Origin: an uncultured Pseudomonadota bacterium
GTDB lineage: Bacteria; Pseudomonadota; Gammaproteobacteria; Burkholderiales; Rhodocyclaceae
DNA: 36,523 nucleotides
NCBI GenBank assembly: GCA_903939665.1
Contig: CAJAHZ010000314.1
Location: 1 to 36,523, forward strand
Direction: 5' to 3'
Shown piece after piece: positions 17,979-27,767 of the stretch. A model generated the notes under the pieces. It saw only the letters and a program-made list of their open reading frames with translations. It searched no databases and was not told the origin of the DNA. Position 1 is the stretch's first letter; each line of letters opens with the position of its first letter. The translations under genes and the position numbers were made by a program.

Positions 17979-19899
17979 CGATTTTTTCTCCACTTTGCAC
18001 GCCCAACACCTCAAACACCCTTACCGGCGCCGCCCGCCCCTTGACCTGAATAAGCTCACTGCGACCGCAGAGCACAGCCGCACCCCCAGCGAGCACGGTC
18101 GACTCACTGGCCAAGATAACGCAGCCCAACTCCTTTGTCATCCCTTCCAGGCGCGACGCCAGATTGACCGTATCGCCAATGGCGGTGAACTCCATGCGGG
18201 TCGGCGAACCGATATTGCCGATCACCGCTTCGCCGCTATGCAAGCCTATCCCGATAGCAAACGCTGGCAGATCGCGGTCGGGAAAGCGCTGCACCATCCA
18301 GCCGGCAAAATCCTCGGCCACGGCGCGCAAGGCAACCGCCGCATGCGCGCCTCGCGCCGCATGATCCGGCAAGGGCAACGGCGAGCCGAACTCGACCATG
18401 ATCGCGTCGCCAATGAACTTGTCGATGCTGCCGCCTTCGGCCAACAAAACCGCGCAGGCGCGCTCGAAGTAGGTATTGAGCATCTCGACGACCTCTTTGG
18501 CGTTGAGCCGCTCGCTGATCGTCGTGAAATTCCGGATATCGGAAAAGAGCACGGTCATCACCTGCGACTGGCCGCCGAGTTCGGGACGATTACCGGATTG
18601 CAGCAGCGCCTCGACCACCTGATTGGAAACATAACGACCAAACATCTGGCGCACCCGCGCCCGCTCGCGCTCCTCGCCGGTCAGCCGCCAGCCGAGCACG
18701 CTGAGCAGCACCAGCGCGCTCACCACGGCATAGGCCGAGACCGGCATCAGGACGCTGAAGCGAAAGGCGACAAACCCAGACAACGCAAGCAGCAAGCCGC
18801 CCGCCAGCCAGAGCAGGGCTCCCAGCCAAGCCGGCAAAGCGGCGAAAACGAAGGCCGCCAGCGCCGCAAGAATCAGCAGCGAAATCACCCGTGACGCATC
18901 GCTCATCGGCTCCATGCGCTCACCGGAAATCAAGGACTCGAGGACGTTGGCGTGCACCTCGACGCCGCTCATCAAACGCCCCCGCCCGGAAAACAGACTG
19001 GTTGCATAAGGCGTAAAGTGGTCGTCGCCCAGGCCCGCCCCGGCGCCAAGCAACACAATTTTACCGCGCAGGGCGAGGACCGCCGGGTCGCGCAGCGCAT
19101 CTGCGGCCAGCAATTGCTTGAGCGAAATGCGCGGGAAAGTATTGGGCGGCCCGACATAGGGAATCGGCGTCGCCGGCTGCTCGCGTGACACTTGTCGACC
19201 GCCAAGAAGCCAGCTTGCCGCCTGCGGGTCCAGCCCGGCAGCGCGTACGGCGAGCAACGAAGGCAGGCCGAGAACCGGCACGCCGTCCTCGACGGCCGCC
19301 CGGTTTGCCGCAACAACGGGAGCCACCCGGTAATGGCGGACAACGCCATCGCCCTCATCCAGCAAATCGGCCAGGCCGATGTAAGCGGGGATATCGAAGC
19401 CCGGCAAGGCCAGCAGATAATCGGGGCTGGGCAGCTGGTAATCGCTTGCCCGCGCCCCCGAGCCGGAACGGGTTGCCACGAGCACCAGTTGCCCGCTATT
19501 GATCTGCTCCCGGAACGGCTGATCGTAGTTGCGGGCGGCCTGCTGCATTTCGCCGCCGAGTTTGCCAAGCCAGCGCTCCGGGCTGATGCTGAGCAGCATA
19601 TCGAGCCCGACGACCGGCGCACCCACCTCCCGCAGCCGAGCCACCGCCACCGCCAGGCGATCGGTCCAGAATACCAGCGGATCGTCCGGATAGGTCGCCA
19701 GCGTCTCTTCGTCGAGCACCACAATCGCCACATGGCGCGCCTCGGCCCGCTGCCCCTGCCAACGAAACCAGAAATCCTGCAGACGCTGGTCGACCGGGCT
19801 GAGCGCGCCGCTGCGCAGCAATACCTCAGCGATCAGACAGGCGACCAGCGCGAACGACGCGAGCCAGTACCGGCGACGATGACCGAAGTGACTCGACAT
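17971..19899 (-). CDS. CHASE2 sensor-domain membrane protein fused to a class III adenylate/guanylate cyclase domain
   Basis: N-terminal TM, a periplasmic domain of about 300 aa, three TM helices, then cyclase motifs VLFSDIRNFT, DKFIGDAIM and TAIGDTVNLASRLE. The ATG lies 2 nt after the yicC stop. Confidence 0.85.
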   Translation of the reverse strand: MSSHFGHRRRYWLASFALVACLIAEVLLRSGALSPVDQRLQDFWFRWQGQRAEARHVAIVVLDEETLATYPDDPLVFWTDRLAVAVARLREVGAPVVGLDMLLSISPERWLGKLGGEMQQAARNYDQPFREQINSGQLVLVATRSGSGARASDYQLPSPDYLLALPGFDIPAYIGLADLLDEGDGVVRHYRVAPVVAANRAAVEDGVPVLGLPSLLAVRAAGLDPQAASWLLGGRQVSREQPATPIPYVGPPNTFPRISLKQLLAADALRDPAVLALRGKIVLLGAGAGLGDDHFTPYATSLFSGRGRLMSGVEVHANVLESLISGERMEPMSDASRVISLLILAALAAFVFAALPAWLGALLWLAGGLLLALSGFVAFRFSVLMPVSAYAVVSALVLLSVLGWRLTGEERERARVRQMFGRYVSNQVVEALLQSGNRPELGGQSQVMTVLFSDIRNFTTISERLNAKEVVEMLNTYFERACAVLLAEGGSIDKFIGDAIMVEFGSPLPLPDHAARGAHAAVALRAVAEDFAGWMVQRFPDRDLPAFAIGIGLHSGEAVIGNIGSPTRMEFTAIGDTVNLASRLEGMTKELGCVILASESTVLAGGAAVLCGRSELIQVKGRAAPVRVFEVLGVQSGEKIDA

Positions 19900-19901
19900 G
19901 C

Positions 19902-20768
19902 TTATTCCAAATTCTGGATCTGCTCGCGCATCTGCTCAATCAACAATTTCAACTCCATCGCCGCCTGCGAAACTTCGCTGACGACCGACTTGGAACCCAG
20001 CGTATTGGCCTCGCGATTGAGCTCCTGCATCAGGAAATCGAGGCGCTTGCCGCTCGCGCCACCAGCTTTCAGGACGCGCTCAACCTCGTCAAGGTGAGTC
20101 GACAGGCGCGCCAGTTCCTCGGCCACATCGATGCGCACGGCGAAGACGGCGACTTCCTGACGAACGCGTTCATCGTCGCAACTGCCAATGGCATCGACCA
20201 GACGCTGTTTGAGCTTTTCCTGAAACGCCGCCTGCGCAGCGGGGATGCGCGGCGCGACTTCCCGCACCAGTTCGCGCATGCGCGCCACGCGTTCGAGAAT
20301 CACCGCACTAAGCTTCTCGCCTTCGCGCGCGCGGCTGGCGGAAAAATCTTCCAGCGCCTCTCGCGCCAGCGCGAGACAGGCGGGGAGCAGCGCCTCGATA
20401 TCGAGCGAGTCATCACCAAACATTCCCGGCCAGCGCAGCACATCATTGACCGCCAGCGGCGCAGCCAGTGGCAGTTCGGCGCGCACTTGCGCATCAAAAG
20501 ACTTCAGGCGCTCAAGCAACTCGCCATTCAGGCTCTGTTGCTGCACACGCGCAGCAGCCGGTGCGAAGTTGACACGGCACTCGATCTTGCCACGCGACAA
20601 ACGCGCCCCGATGATTTCACGCAGACCCGGCTCGGCAACGCGCAACTCTTCGCAAACGCGAAAATGAAAATCAAGGTAGCGCGAGTTGACGCTTTTCAGC
20701 TCAATATGCAGAGCGCCGCGTTCAACGTCGCGCGTCCTGGCGGCATAGCCGGTCATGCTGTAGATCAT
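19902..20768 (-). CDS. yicC: YicC-family protein (stress-induced; endoribonuclease YicC)
   Basis: MIYSMTGYA N-terminus, 288 aa, and the conserved C-terminal EL.REANT..SK motif (ELNREANTLGSK). Confidence 0.85.
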   Translation of the reverse strand: MIYSMTGYAARTRDVERGALHIELKSVNSRYLDFHFRVCEELRVAEPGLREIIGARLSRGKIECRVNFAPAAARVQQQSLNGELLERLKSFDAQVRAELPLAAPLAVNDVLRWPGMFGDDSLDIEALLPACLALAREALEDFSASRAREGEKLSAVILERVARMRELVREVAPRIPAAQAAFQEKLKQRLVDAIGSCDDERVRQEVAVFAVRIDVAEELARLSTHLDEVERVLKAGGASGKRLDFLMQELNREANTLGSKSVVSEVSQAAMELKLLIEQMREQIQNLE

Positions 20769-20870
20769 GGAAATCCCAAAGTGTGAACAGGGTCATGCAT
20801 GCAGCCGGCTTTACAGCCTGAAGCCAAACCCTGAGAATGGCTGGAAAACCACATCATAGCCCCCACCTTA

Positions 20871-21833
20871 ATGGCGCAACAAGCCAACCACGCCCTGCCC
20901 CCCGGTTTCCAGCTCGATGATTACCGCATCGACCGGCAGCTTTCGCTCGGCGGATTTTCAATCGTCTATCTCGCCACCGACAGTACGGGGCTGCAAGTAG
21001 CCATCAAGGAATACCTGCCGAACAGCCTGGCCCTGCGCGGCGAAGGGGGAATCAAGCCGATCATTACGGCTGAGCATGTACCCGCATTCCGCTACGGTAT
21101 GAAGTGTTTTTTCGAGGAAGGTCGGGCACTGGCCAAGCTTTCGCACCCTAATGTCGTGCGCGTGCTGAACTTTTTCCGCGCCAACGACACGGTCTACATG
21201 GTCATGGAATACGAGCACGGTCGTACGCTGCAGGAGTTCATCCAGAAAAACCGTATCGCCGTCACCGAAAACTTCATGCGCAACGTGTTCACCAAACTGC
21301 TTAACGGGCTGCGCGAAGTTCATTCCCACAAGCTGCTGCATCTCGACCTCAAGCCGTCGAATGTTTACCTGCGCAACGACTACGCGCCAGTGCTCATCGA
21401 TTTTGGCGCCGCACGTCAGACGCTGGCACTCGACACGCCGATGCTCAAACCGATGTACACCCCGGGTTTTGCCTCACCCGAACACTATAACCAGCGCGAC
21501 CTGCTCGGCCCGTGGAGCGACATCTACAGCATTGGCGCCTCAATGTACGCCTGCCTCGCGGGGGCCGCGCCGCAGGCGGCGGATGCGCGGCTTGAAAAGG
21601 ATCTGCTGGCCCCCGCGATGGTGCGCTGGGAACGGCAGTTCTCCGATCAGTTGCTCGAAACCATCGACTGGTGCCTGTGCCTTAACCACCTTTATCGACC
21701 ACAAAGCGTCTTTGCACTACAGAAAGCCTTGACCGAACAAGTGGTCGCCCCGCAAGCGCGCCAGGAACACTGGGCAAACCAAAGCCTTAGTCAACTCGTC
21801 GGCAAGTTTAAGAAAAAAATAGGGAAAAAATGA
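20871..21833 (+). CDS. Soluble Hanks-type Ser/Thr protein kinase, kinase domain only, non-RD (HLD) catalytic loop
   Basis: VAIKEY (catalytic Lys), HLDLKPSNVYL, DFGAAR, SPE. No TM or sensor domain. Its stop overlaps the next gene's ATG (ATGA). Confidence 0.85.
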   Translation: MAQQANHALPPGFQLDDYRIDRQLSLGGFSIVYLATDSTGLQVAIKEYLPNSLALRGEGGIKPIITAEHVPAFRYGMKCFFEEGRALAKLSHPNVVRVLNFFRANDTVYMVMEYEHGRTLQEFIQKNRIAVTENFMRNVFTKLLNGLREVHSHKLLHLDLKPSNVYLRNDYAPVLIDFGAARQTLALDTPMLKPMYTPGFASPEHYNQRDLLGPWSDIYSIGASMYACLAGAAPQAADARLEKDLLAPAMVRWERQFSDQLLETIDWCLCLNHLYRPQSVFALQKALTEQVVAPQARQEHWANQSLSQLVGKFKKKIGKK

Positions 21834-22750
21834 AATTCACCATCTACCAGGAAAGCCGCACCGGTAAGCGCGCCAATAACGAGGATAGACTCGCCCACTG
21901 CTACTCGCGCGAAGCCTTGATGATGGTCGTCGCCGACGGCATGGGTGGCCACTACTACGGCGAAATTGCCGCGCAGATCGCCGTGCAAACCATGACCGAA
22001 GCTTTTCAGCGCGAAGCCAAGCCGGCGATTACCGACCCTTTTCTATTTCTGCAAAAGTCGATGAGCAACGCGCATCACGCGATCCTCGACTTCTCCGGCG
22101 AACATAAACTCAAGGACTCGCCGCGCACCACCTGCGTCGCCTGCATCATCCAGGACAATATCGCCTACTGGGCCCATGCCGGCGACTCGCGCCTCTACCT
22201 GATCCGCGATGGCAAGGTGTTTTTTCACACGCGCGACCACTCCCGCGTGCAAATGCTCATGGATCAGGGCGTGATCACCAAGGCGCAGGCAGCCGTTCAT
22301 CCCGACCGCAACAAGGTGTACAGCTGCCTCGGCGGCACCCAGCCGCCGGATATCGAGTTCTCGCGCAAAACCCCGCTGGAAGCCGGCGATGTCGTTGCGC
22401 TGTGCACCGACGGCGTCTGGGGTGTCCTGTCGAGCGACACCCTGGCGGCCGGACTGAAATACCCCAACCTCCTGAAGGCCGTACCCTTGCTGCTCAACCA
22501 GGCTGAAATCAGCGGTGGCAAGAGCTGCGACAACCTGTCGATCGTCACCGTGCGCTGGGAAGACAGCTACGTCGAGGACGCGGCCAGCGCCTCGAGCGTG
22601 GTATCGACACAGACCATGGCGCGCGACACGATCAATACCCGGCTCGACGAATTCGGTCGCAATCCGAACTACAAGTCAGAGCTGAGCGAAGACGAAATCG
22701 AACGGGCGATCGAAGAGATCCGCCTGACCATCCAGAAGTACTCCAAATAG
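21830..22750 (+). CDS. PP2C-family Ser/Thr protein phosphatase
   Basis: [23 protein letters not shown] and DNLSIV motifs. A C-terminal tail of about 70 aa has no recognisable domain. Confidence 0.85.
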   Translation: MKFTIYQESRTGKRANNEDRLAHCYSREALMMVVADGMGGHYYGEIAAQIAVQTMTEAFQREAKPAITDPFLFLQKSMSNAHHAILDFSGEHKLKDSPRTTCVACIIQDNIAYWAHAGDSRLYLIRDGKVFFHTRDHSRVQMLMDQGVITKAQAAVHPDRNKVYSCLGGTQPPDIEFSRKTPLEAGDVVALCTDGVWGVLSSDTLAAGLKYPNLLKAVPLLLNQAEISGGKSCDNLSIVTVRWEDSYVEDAASASSVVSTQTMARDTINTRLDEFGRNPNYKSELSEDEIERAIEEIRLTIQKYSK

Positions 22751-22758
22751 GAATTTTC

Positions 22759-23475
22759 ATGCGCCCCAGCCAACGCCAGCCGTCGCAACTGCGCGACGTC
22801 CGCATCACCCGCAATTTCACGCGCCACGCCGAAGGATCGGTGCTGATCGAGATGGGCGACACGCAGGTGCTATGCACGGCCAGCGTCGAAGAATCGGTTC
22901 CCGGCTTCCTGCGCGGCAAGGGCCAGGGCTGGGTTACCGCCGAATACGGCATGCTGCCACGCTCGACGCACACGCGCAGCGCGCGTGAAGCCGCCAAGGG
23001 CAAGCAGACCGGCCGCACGCAGGAAATCCAGCGCCTGATCGGTCGCTCACTGCGCGCCGTCACCGACCTCAAGGCACTGGGCGAGCGCCAGATCACGCTC
23101 GATTGCGACGTACTGCAGGCCGATGGCGGCACCCGCTGCGCGTCGATCACCGGTGCCTGGCTGGCGCTGTGGGACGCCTGCGAGCAGCTGGTGGCCAAGG
23201 GAAAGCTCGCCGAGAACCCGATCCGCGACCATGTTGCGGCGGTATCGGTCGGTATTTTTGAAGGCGATGCCGTGCTCGATCTCGACTACCCGGAAGACTC
23301 CGGCTGCGACACCGACATGAACGTCGTCATGACCGGTCGTGGCGGCATCGTCGAGATCCAGGGCACCGCCGAGGGCGAGCCGTTCACCCGCGCCCAGATG
23401 GACACGCTGGTCAGCCTCGCCGCTGCCGGAATCGACGATCTGATCACCCGGCAAAAGGCCGCACTCAGATCATGA
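22759..23475 (+). CDS. rph: Ribonuclease PH
   Basis: MRPSQR...LR.V.ITRNFT.HAEGSVL and GGTR motifs; 238 aa; AGGAA Shine-Dalgarno. Confidence 0.92.
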   Translation: MRPSQRQPSQLRDVRITRNFTRHAEGSVLIEMGDTQVLCTASVEESVPGFLRGKGQGWVTAEYGMLPRSTHTRSAREAAKGKQTGRTQEIQRLIGRSLRAVTDLKALGERQITLDCDVLQADGGTRCASITGAWLALWDACEQLVAKGKLAENPIRDHVAAVSVGIFEGDAVLDLDYPEDSGCDTDMNVVMTGRGGIVEIQGTAEGEPFTRAQMDTLVSLAAAGIDDLITRQKAALRS

Positions 23476-24059
23476 AACTTGTCCTCGCCTCGAACAACGC
23501 AAAAAAACTGAAGGAACTGCGTGACATCCTGACGCCGCATGGCTGGGAGTTGATACCGCAAGACGAGCTCGGCGTCAGCGAGGCCGACGAGCCGCACTGT
23601 ACCTTTGTCGAAAACGCGCTGGCCAAGGCCAGGCATGCGGCTCAGGCCACCGGCCTGCCCGCGCTGGCCGACGATTCCGGGCTCTGTGTAGACGCGCTGG
23701 GCGGATTGCCCGGCGTGCAATCCGCACGCTATGCCGGCGAACCGAAATCCGATGCGCGCAACAACGAAAAGCTGCTCGCCGCACTGGCGGGGTGCAGCAA
23801 CCGCGCCGCGCATTTCGTCTCGCTGATCGTTTTCGTTCGCCACGCCGACGACCCGCAGCCAATCATTGCCGAAGGCGAGTGGCACGGCGAAATCCTGCCC
23901 GCCGCACGCGGCGACGCCGGCTTCGGTTACGACCCGCTGTTCTACGTACGCGAAGCCGGGCAGACCTCCGCCGAAATGCCCCCGCTCGAAAAAAACCGCC
24001 GCTCGCATCGCGGCCAGGCGCTGGCCCAACTGCTTGAACGTCTGCAAGCACGTCGCTGA
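23472..24059 (+). CDS. rdgB: Non-canonical purine NTP pyrophosphatase (RdgB/HAM1 family)
   Basis: VLASNN.KKL.E, DDSGL.VDAL.G.PG..SARY and FGYDP.F motifs. Its ATG overlaps the rph stop. Confidence 0.9.
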   Translation: MKLVLASNNAKKLKELRDILTPHGWELIPQDELGVSEADEPHCTFVENALAKARHAAQATGLPALADDSGLCVDALGGLPGVQSARYAGEPKSDARNNEKLLAALAGCSNRAAHFVSLIVFVRHADDPQPIIAEGEWHGEILPAARGDAGFGYDPLFYVREAGQTSAEMPPLEKNRRSHRGQALAQLLERLQARR

Positions 24060-25294
24060 TGAGCGGTAGGAAGGTCATCCCGATTGTCCCGCACGGACAG
24101 TTGGCGACAAATACCGGCAGCACCGCCCTGAACTTCCGCAGCGCGCTGCCGCTTTCGCTCTACGTTCATATCCCGTGGTGCGTCCAGAAATGCCCCTATT
24201 GCGACTTCAACTCGCACGAGGCGCGTAGCGGCATCCCGGAAAAGGAATACGTCGCGGCACTGATTAGCGACCTCGAATCGTCCTTGCCGCTCGTCTGGGG
24301 ACGCCGCGTAGGTAGCGTCTTTTTCGGCGGCGGCACGCCCAGCCTGCTTTCCGGCGAGGCCATCGATACGCTGCTGACGGCGTTCCGTTCGCGACTGCCC
24401 TTGCTGCCCAATGCAGAAATCACACTGGAAGCGAATCCCGGAACGGTTGAAGCGGAAAAGTTCGCCGCCTTCCGCGCAGCCGGCGTTAACCGCCTGTCGC
24501 TCGGCATCCAGAGCTTCAACCCGACCCACCTGAAGGCGCTTGGCCGAATTCACGACGACCGCCAGGCCCGACGCGCAATTGAAATCGCCGCCGCCCATTT
24601 CGACAATTTCAACCTTGACCTGATGTACGGGCTCCCCGGACAAACGCTTGAACAAGCCCTGAGCGACGTCGACAGCGCGCTTGCCTTCAAGCCGCCGCAT
24701 CTCTCATGCTATCAACTGACGCTCGAGCCCAACACCGCTTTCGCCGCCGCGCCGCCGTCCTTGCCGGAATCGGATTGCTGCGCCGACATGCAGGATGCCA
24801 TCGAGGCGCGACTGGCCGCATGCGCTTACACGCACTACGAAACCTCGGCCTTTGCCCAACCCGCTCGGCAGTGCGCGCACAACCTCAACTACTGGCAATT
24901 CGGCGACTACCTCGGCATCGGCGCGGGCGCACACAGCAAGCTCACCTTGCACGATCGTGGCGCGTGGGAAGTGCGGCGCCAGATGCGCTGGAAGCAGCCG
25001 AAGGAATATCTGGCGCAGGTTGCCGCAGGACAGCCGGTGCAGGAGGAATTTTCAGTCGCGGCGACCGAATTGCCCTTCGAGTTCATGATGAACGCCTTGC
25101 GCCTCAATCAGGGCTTCGACGCAGCGCTGTTCGAGATGCGCACTTCGCTGCCCCTGATCGGCATCGAATCGGAACTGCGCCGGGCTGAACAGGAAGGCCT
25201 GCTCGAACGCCACTTGCAACACATCGCGCCGACCGATCACGGACGACGTTTTCTCAACCGGCTGCTTGAACGCTTTCTTGCCGAACGCGATTGA
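24059..25294 (+). CDS. hemW: Radical-SAM haem chaperone HemW (HemN-like, YggW family)
   Basis: LSLYVHIPWCVQKCPYCDFNS radical-SAM motif and the conserved rph-rdgB-hemW order. The N-terminus is about 25 aa longer than E. coli HemW, so the true start may be later. Confidence 0.85.
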   Translation: MSGRKVIPIVPHGQLATNTGSTALNFRSALPLSLYVHIPWCVQKCPYCDFNSHEARSGIPEKEYVAALISDLESSLPLVWGRRVGSVFFGGGTPSLLSGEAIDTLLTAFRSRLPLLPNAEITLEANPGTVEAEKFAAFRAAGVNRLSLGIQSFNPTHLKALGRIHDDRQARRAIEIAAAHFDNFNLDLMYGLPGQTLEQALSDVDSALAFKPPHLSCYQLTLEPNTAFAAAPPSLPESDCCADMQDAIEARLAACAYTHYETSAFAQPARQCAHNLNYWQFGDYLGIGAGAHSKLTLHDRGAWEVRRQMRWKQPKEYLAQVAAGQPVQEEFSVAATELPFEFMMNALRLNQGFDAALFEMRTSLPLIGIESELRRAEQEGLLERHLQHIAPTDHGRRFLNRLLERFLAERD

Positions 25295-25316
25295 ATGCGC
25301 TCGACGGTCATTCCCG

Positions 25317-26471
25317 CTACGGCTTCAGGCTTTCAACCGCGTCATAAAGTTGCTGTTTCAGATCGCCGCTCGGCGCCCCCTGCGCTTCCGCCAGACGGAT
25401 CTGCCGCAACAACTCGGCAATCTGCGCCGGTGAAGCCACCACCCCCGCCGCTTTCACTGGCGTAACCTGAATTATCGGCTTGCCGGAAGTACTGGCGTTC
25501 GGCGCTGGTTGCCGCTTGCCATCGACCATGACCTCGGCGCGTTCGGCACCGGCTTGCCCGCGCCGTGCGGTAATCACGATGGACTTCGGCTGGTAGGGCA
25601 ACGGCGCCGGACGCCGGGCGCTCTGCGGCGAGGGCGTACTGCTACGCCTGACCGCCTCGACAGCGGTCATCAGTTGCTTGCGCAAAGCCTCCGTTGGCTT
25701 GCCTTCCGCCTCGGCCACGCGCAACTGACGCAAAATTTCCTCGATCTCGCTCGGCGCAGCAACTGAACGGCTCGCCTCCCCAAAGTGTTCCTTCGGCGCC
25801 TTGACGGCAATGGCAAACTCTTCGGGCGTCGAGATCATCTTGCCCAAGCGATAATGATCGTAGCGCATCGCCAGCGCCAGCGCGTTGTCGCCCCAATCGT
25901 TCTTCGACTTTGGGTCGGCGCCGGATTCAAGCAGCACTTTGGTCAACTCCTCGCGCCCCTCGCGCGCCGCCAGCATCAGCGGCGTCGACCCATTGGGCGA
26001 ACGCGCATTGACTTCGGCACCACGGGCAATCAACTCGCGCGCCAGCTTGTCATGGCCGTTGAACACCGCGTAATGCAGCGCACCCCAGTTATTCCCTTCA
26101 CGATTCAACGCGCCGCCGTGCTCAAGCAGCCACTTCACCGCGTTTACATGCCCGTTCCACGCCGCCAGTTGCAGCGCTTGCTCACCATTGCGATTGGAGC
26201 GTCGCGGGTTGGCACCGCGGTCGACGAAAAGCGCCATCATCTCGACATTGCCGTTCCACGCAGCAACCATCAGACCGGTACCGACCTGCGCGGCCTGATA
26301 CTCGGGATCAAGCCCTTCGTCCAGCCAGCGCTTGACGGTGACCAGATCGCCACGCTCGACGGCATAACCGAAGCCGACCGGATCGGGCAAGGCGCCCCAA
26401 ACCGGCGCGGCAAGCAGGCACAGCATCAACAACAGCCCTCGGGCACACCGCCCGCTCCACTGGATGACCAT
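25317..26471 (-). CDS. Secreted ankyrin-repeat protein with a duplicated C-terminal helical motif
   Basis: Signal peptide (LLLMLCLLAAPVWG-A). About five ANK repeats (G.T.LM.AA..G...., NG.TPLMLAAREG). The ATG at 26471 has an AAGGAA Shine-Dalgarno. The ORF-track extension to 26750 overlaps the divergent gene and is rejected. Confidence 0.8.
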   Translation of the reverse strand: MVIQWSGRCARGLLLMLCLLAAPVWGALPDPVGFGYAVERGDLVTVKRWLDEGLDPEYQAAQVGTGLMVAAWNGNVEMMALFVDRGANPRRSNRNGEQALQLAAWNGHVNAVKWLLEHGGALNREGNNWGALHYAVFNGHDKLARELIARGAEVNARSPNGSTPLMLAAREGREELTKVLLESGADPKSKNDWGDNALALAMRYDHYRLGKMISTPEEFAIAVKAPKEHFGEASRSVAAPSEIEEILRQLRVAEAEGKPTEALRKQLMTAVEAVRRSSTPSPQSARRPAPLPYQPKSIVITARRGQAGAERAEVMVDGKRQPAPNASTSGKPIIQVTPVKAAGVVASPAQIAELLRQIRLAEAQGAPSGDLKQQLYDAVESLKP

Positions 26472-26547
26472 CTGTTTCAATTCCTTTCGACCCTTGCCCG
26501 ACACGGCGCAGATGTTGCGCCGCGTTTTGTTGCACAATATCGCGCTC

Positions 26548-27066
26548 ATGCCGTCTCGCCTGACCATAGCCCTGGTGCTCTCGCTCGCCCTGCACGGCAG
26601 TCTGCTTCTGCCCGATGCCCTCAAGCGCTTCGCTGCTGCCCCGCCCCCACCGGCGCTGCAGGCCGTTTTACGCCTGCCGCCAAAGCCCGAGCCGACACCC
26701 GCCGAGCCCTTGCTGAAAAACACACTCGATCCCGAAGAAGCCCCGCGCATCGCGAAACCGCCGCCCGCCGCCGCCCCGCAAGCCGACCGGCAGACGGTGA
26801 TCCGGCGCGAGGTGAAGGCGGCGCAGAAGAAACTCTCGCAGCATCTCTACTACCCGCCCGAAGCCATTGCCCGCGGGATCGAAGGCGAAGTGCGCCTGCT
26901 TGTTACGCTCAGTGAAGACGGCAGCATCGCCGACGTCAACATCGCCGCCAGCAGCGGCCATGCCATTCTCGACAATGCCGCAATCAAGGCCGCCTACGCC
27001 GCCGGCCAACTAAAAGGCGCAACATCGCGCGAACTGATCCTGCCGGTCATTTTCCGCCTGCAGTAG
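26548..27066 (+). CDS. TonB-family protein (TM anchor, Pro-rich spacer, TonB C-terminal domain), no exbBD nearby
   Basis: LTIALVLSLALHGSLLL anchor, a PPKPEPTPAEP / KPPPAAAP spacer, and YPPEA...GIEGEV.L.V....G.......SSG...LD.AA. The start is uncertain (ATG at 26548 or 26512). Confidence 0.7.
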   Translation: MPSRLTIALVLSLALHGSLLLPDALKRFAAAPPPPALQAVLRLPPKPEPTPAEPLLKNTLDPEEAPRIAKPPPAAAPQADRQTVIRREVKAAQKKLSQHLYYPPEAIARGIEGEVRLLVTLSEDGSIADVNIAASSGHAILDNAAIKAAYAAGQLKGATSRELILPVIFRLQ

Positions 27067-27765
27067 CTATTTCCGACGAAACACCAGATCCCATACGCCG
27101 TGGCCCAGGCGCAGGCCGCGCTGCTCAAATTTGGTGAGCGGTCGGTAATCGGGGCGGGGCGCATAATCAACCGCCGTGTTCTCAAGCAACGGCTCTGCCG
27201 ACAGCACGGCAAGCATCTGCTCGGCGTAGTTTTCCCAGTCGGTCGCACAATGAATGTAGCCGCCCGGTTGAAGGCGGCTGGCCAGCAGCGCAATCAACGG
27301 CGGCTGGATCAGGCGCCGTTTGTGGTGGCGCGCCTTCGGCCACGGATCGGCGAAAAAAATATGCGCTCCCGACAAGATGCCGGGCAGGATCATGTCGCGC
27401 AGCACTTCCACCGCGTCGTGCTGGACGATGCGCAGATTGCTCAGCCCGCCCTCGGCGACCAGCTTGCACAGGCTGCCGACCCCGGGGGTGTGCACCTCGA
27501 CGCCAAGATAGTCGTTCTGCGGGTTGGCAGCGGCAATCGCCGCCGACGTTTCGCCCATGCCAAAGCCGATTTCGAGGATCTTCGGCGCCTTTCTGCCGAA
27601 CACCGTATCCAGATCGTGCGGCGCCGCCACGTAAGGCACGCCGATTTTCTCCATCATGTCGTCGAAGTAGCGCTGCTGCGCATTCGAGACGCGGCCCTGA
27701 CGCAAGACAAAGCTGCGTATATGCCCGGCTCGTCCCGCGGTGTAAACGTTCTCCTGAGTATCCAT
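27067..27765 (-). CDS. trmB: tRNA (guanine46-N7)-methyltransferase
   Basis: [12 protein letters not shown] motif, [21 protein letters not shown]. The ATG at 27765 lies 2 nt after the thiG stop. Confidence 0.88.
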   Translation of the reverse strand: MDTQENVYTAGRAGHIRSFVLRQGRVSNAQQRYFDDMMEKIGVPYVAAPHDLDTVFGRKAPKILEIGFGMGETSAAIAAANPQNDYLGVEVHTPGVGSLCKLVAEGGLSNLRIVQHDAVEVLRDMILPGILSGAHIFFADPWPKARHHKRRLIQPPLIALLASRLQPGGYIHCATDWENYAEQMLAVLSAEPLLENTAVDYAPRPDYRPLTKFEQRGLRLGHGVWDLVFRRK

Positions 27766-27767
27766 GC

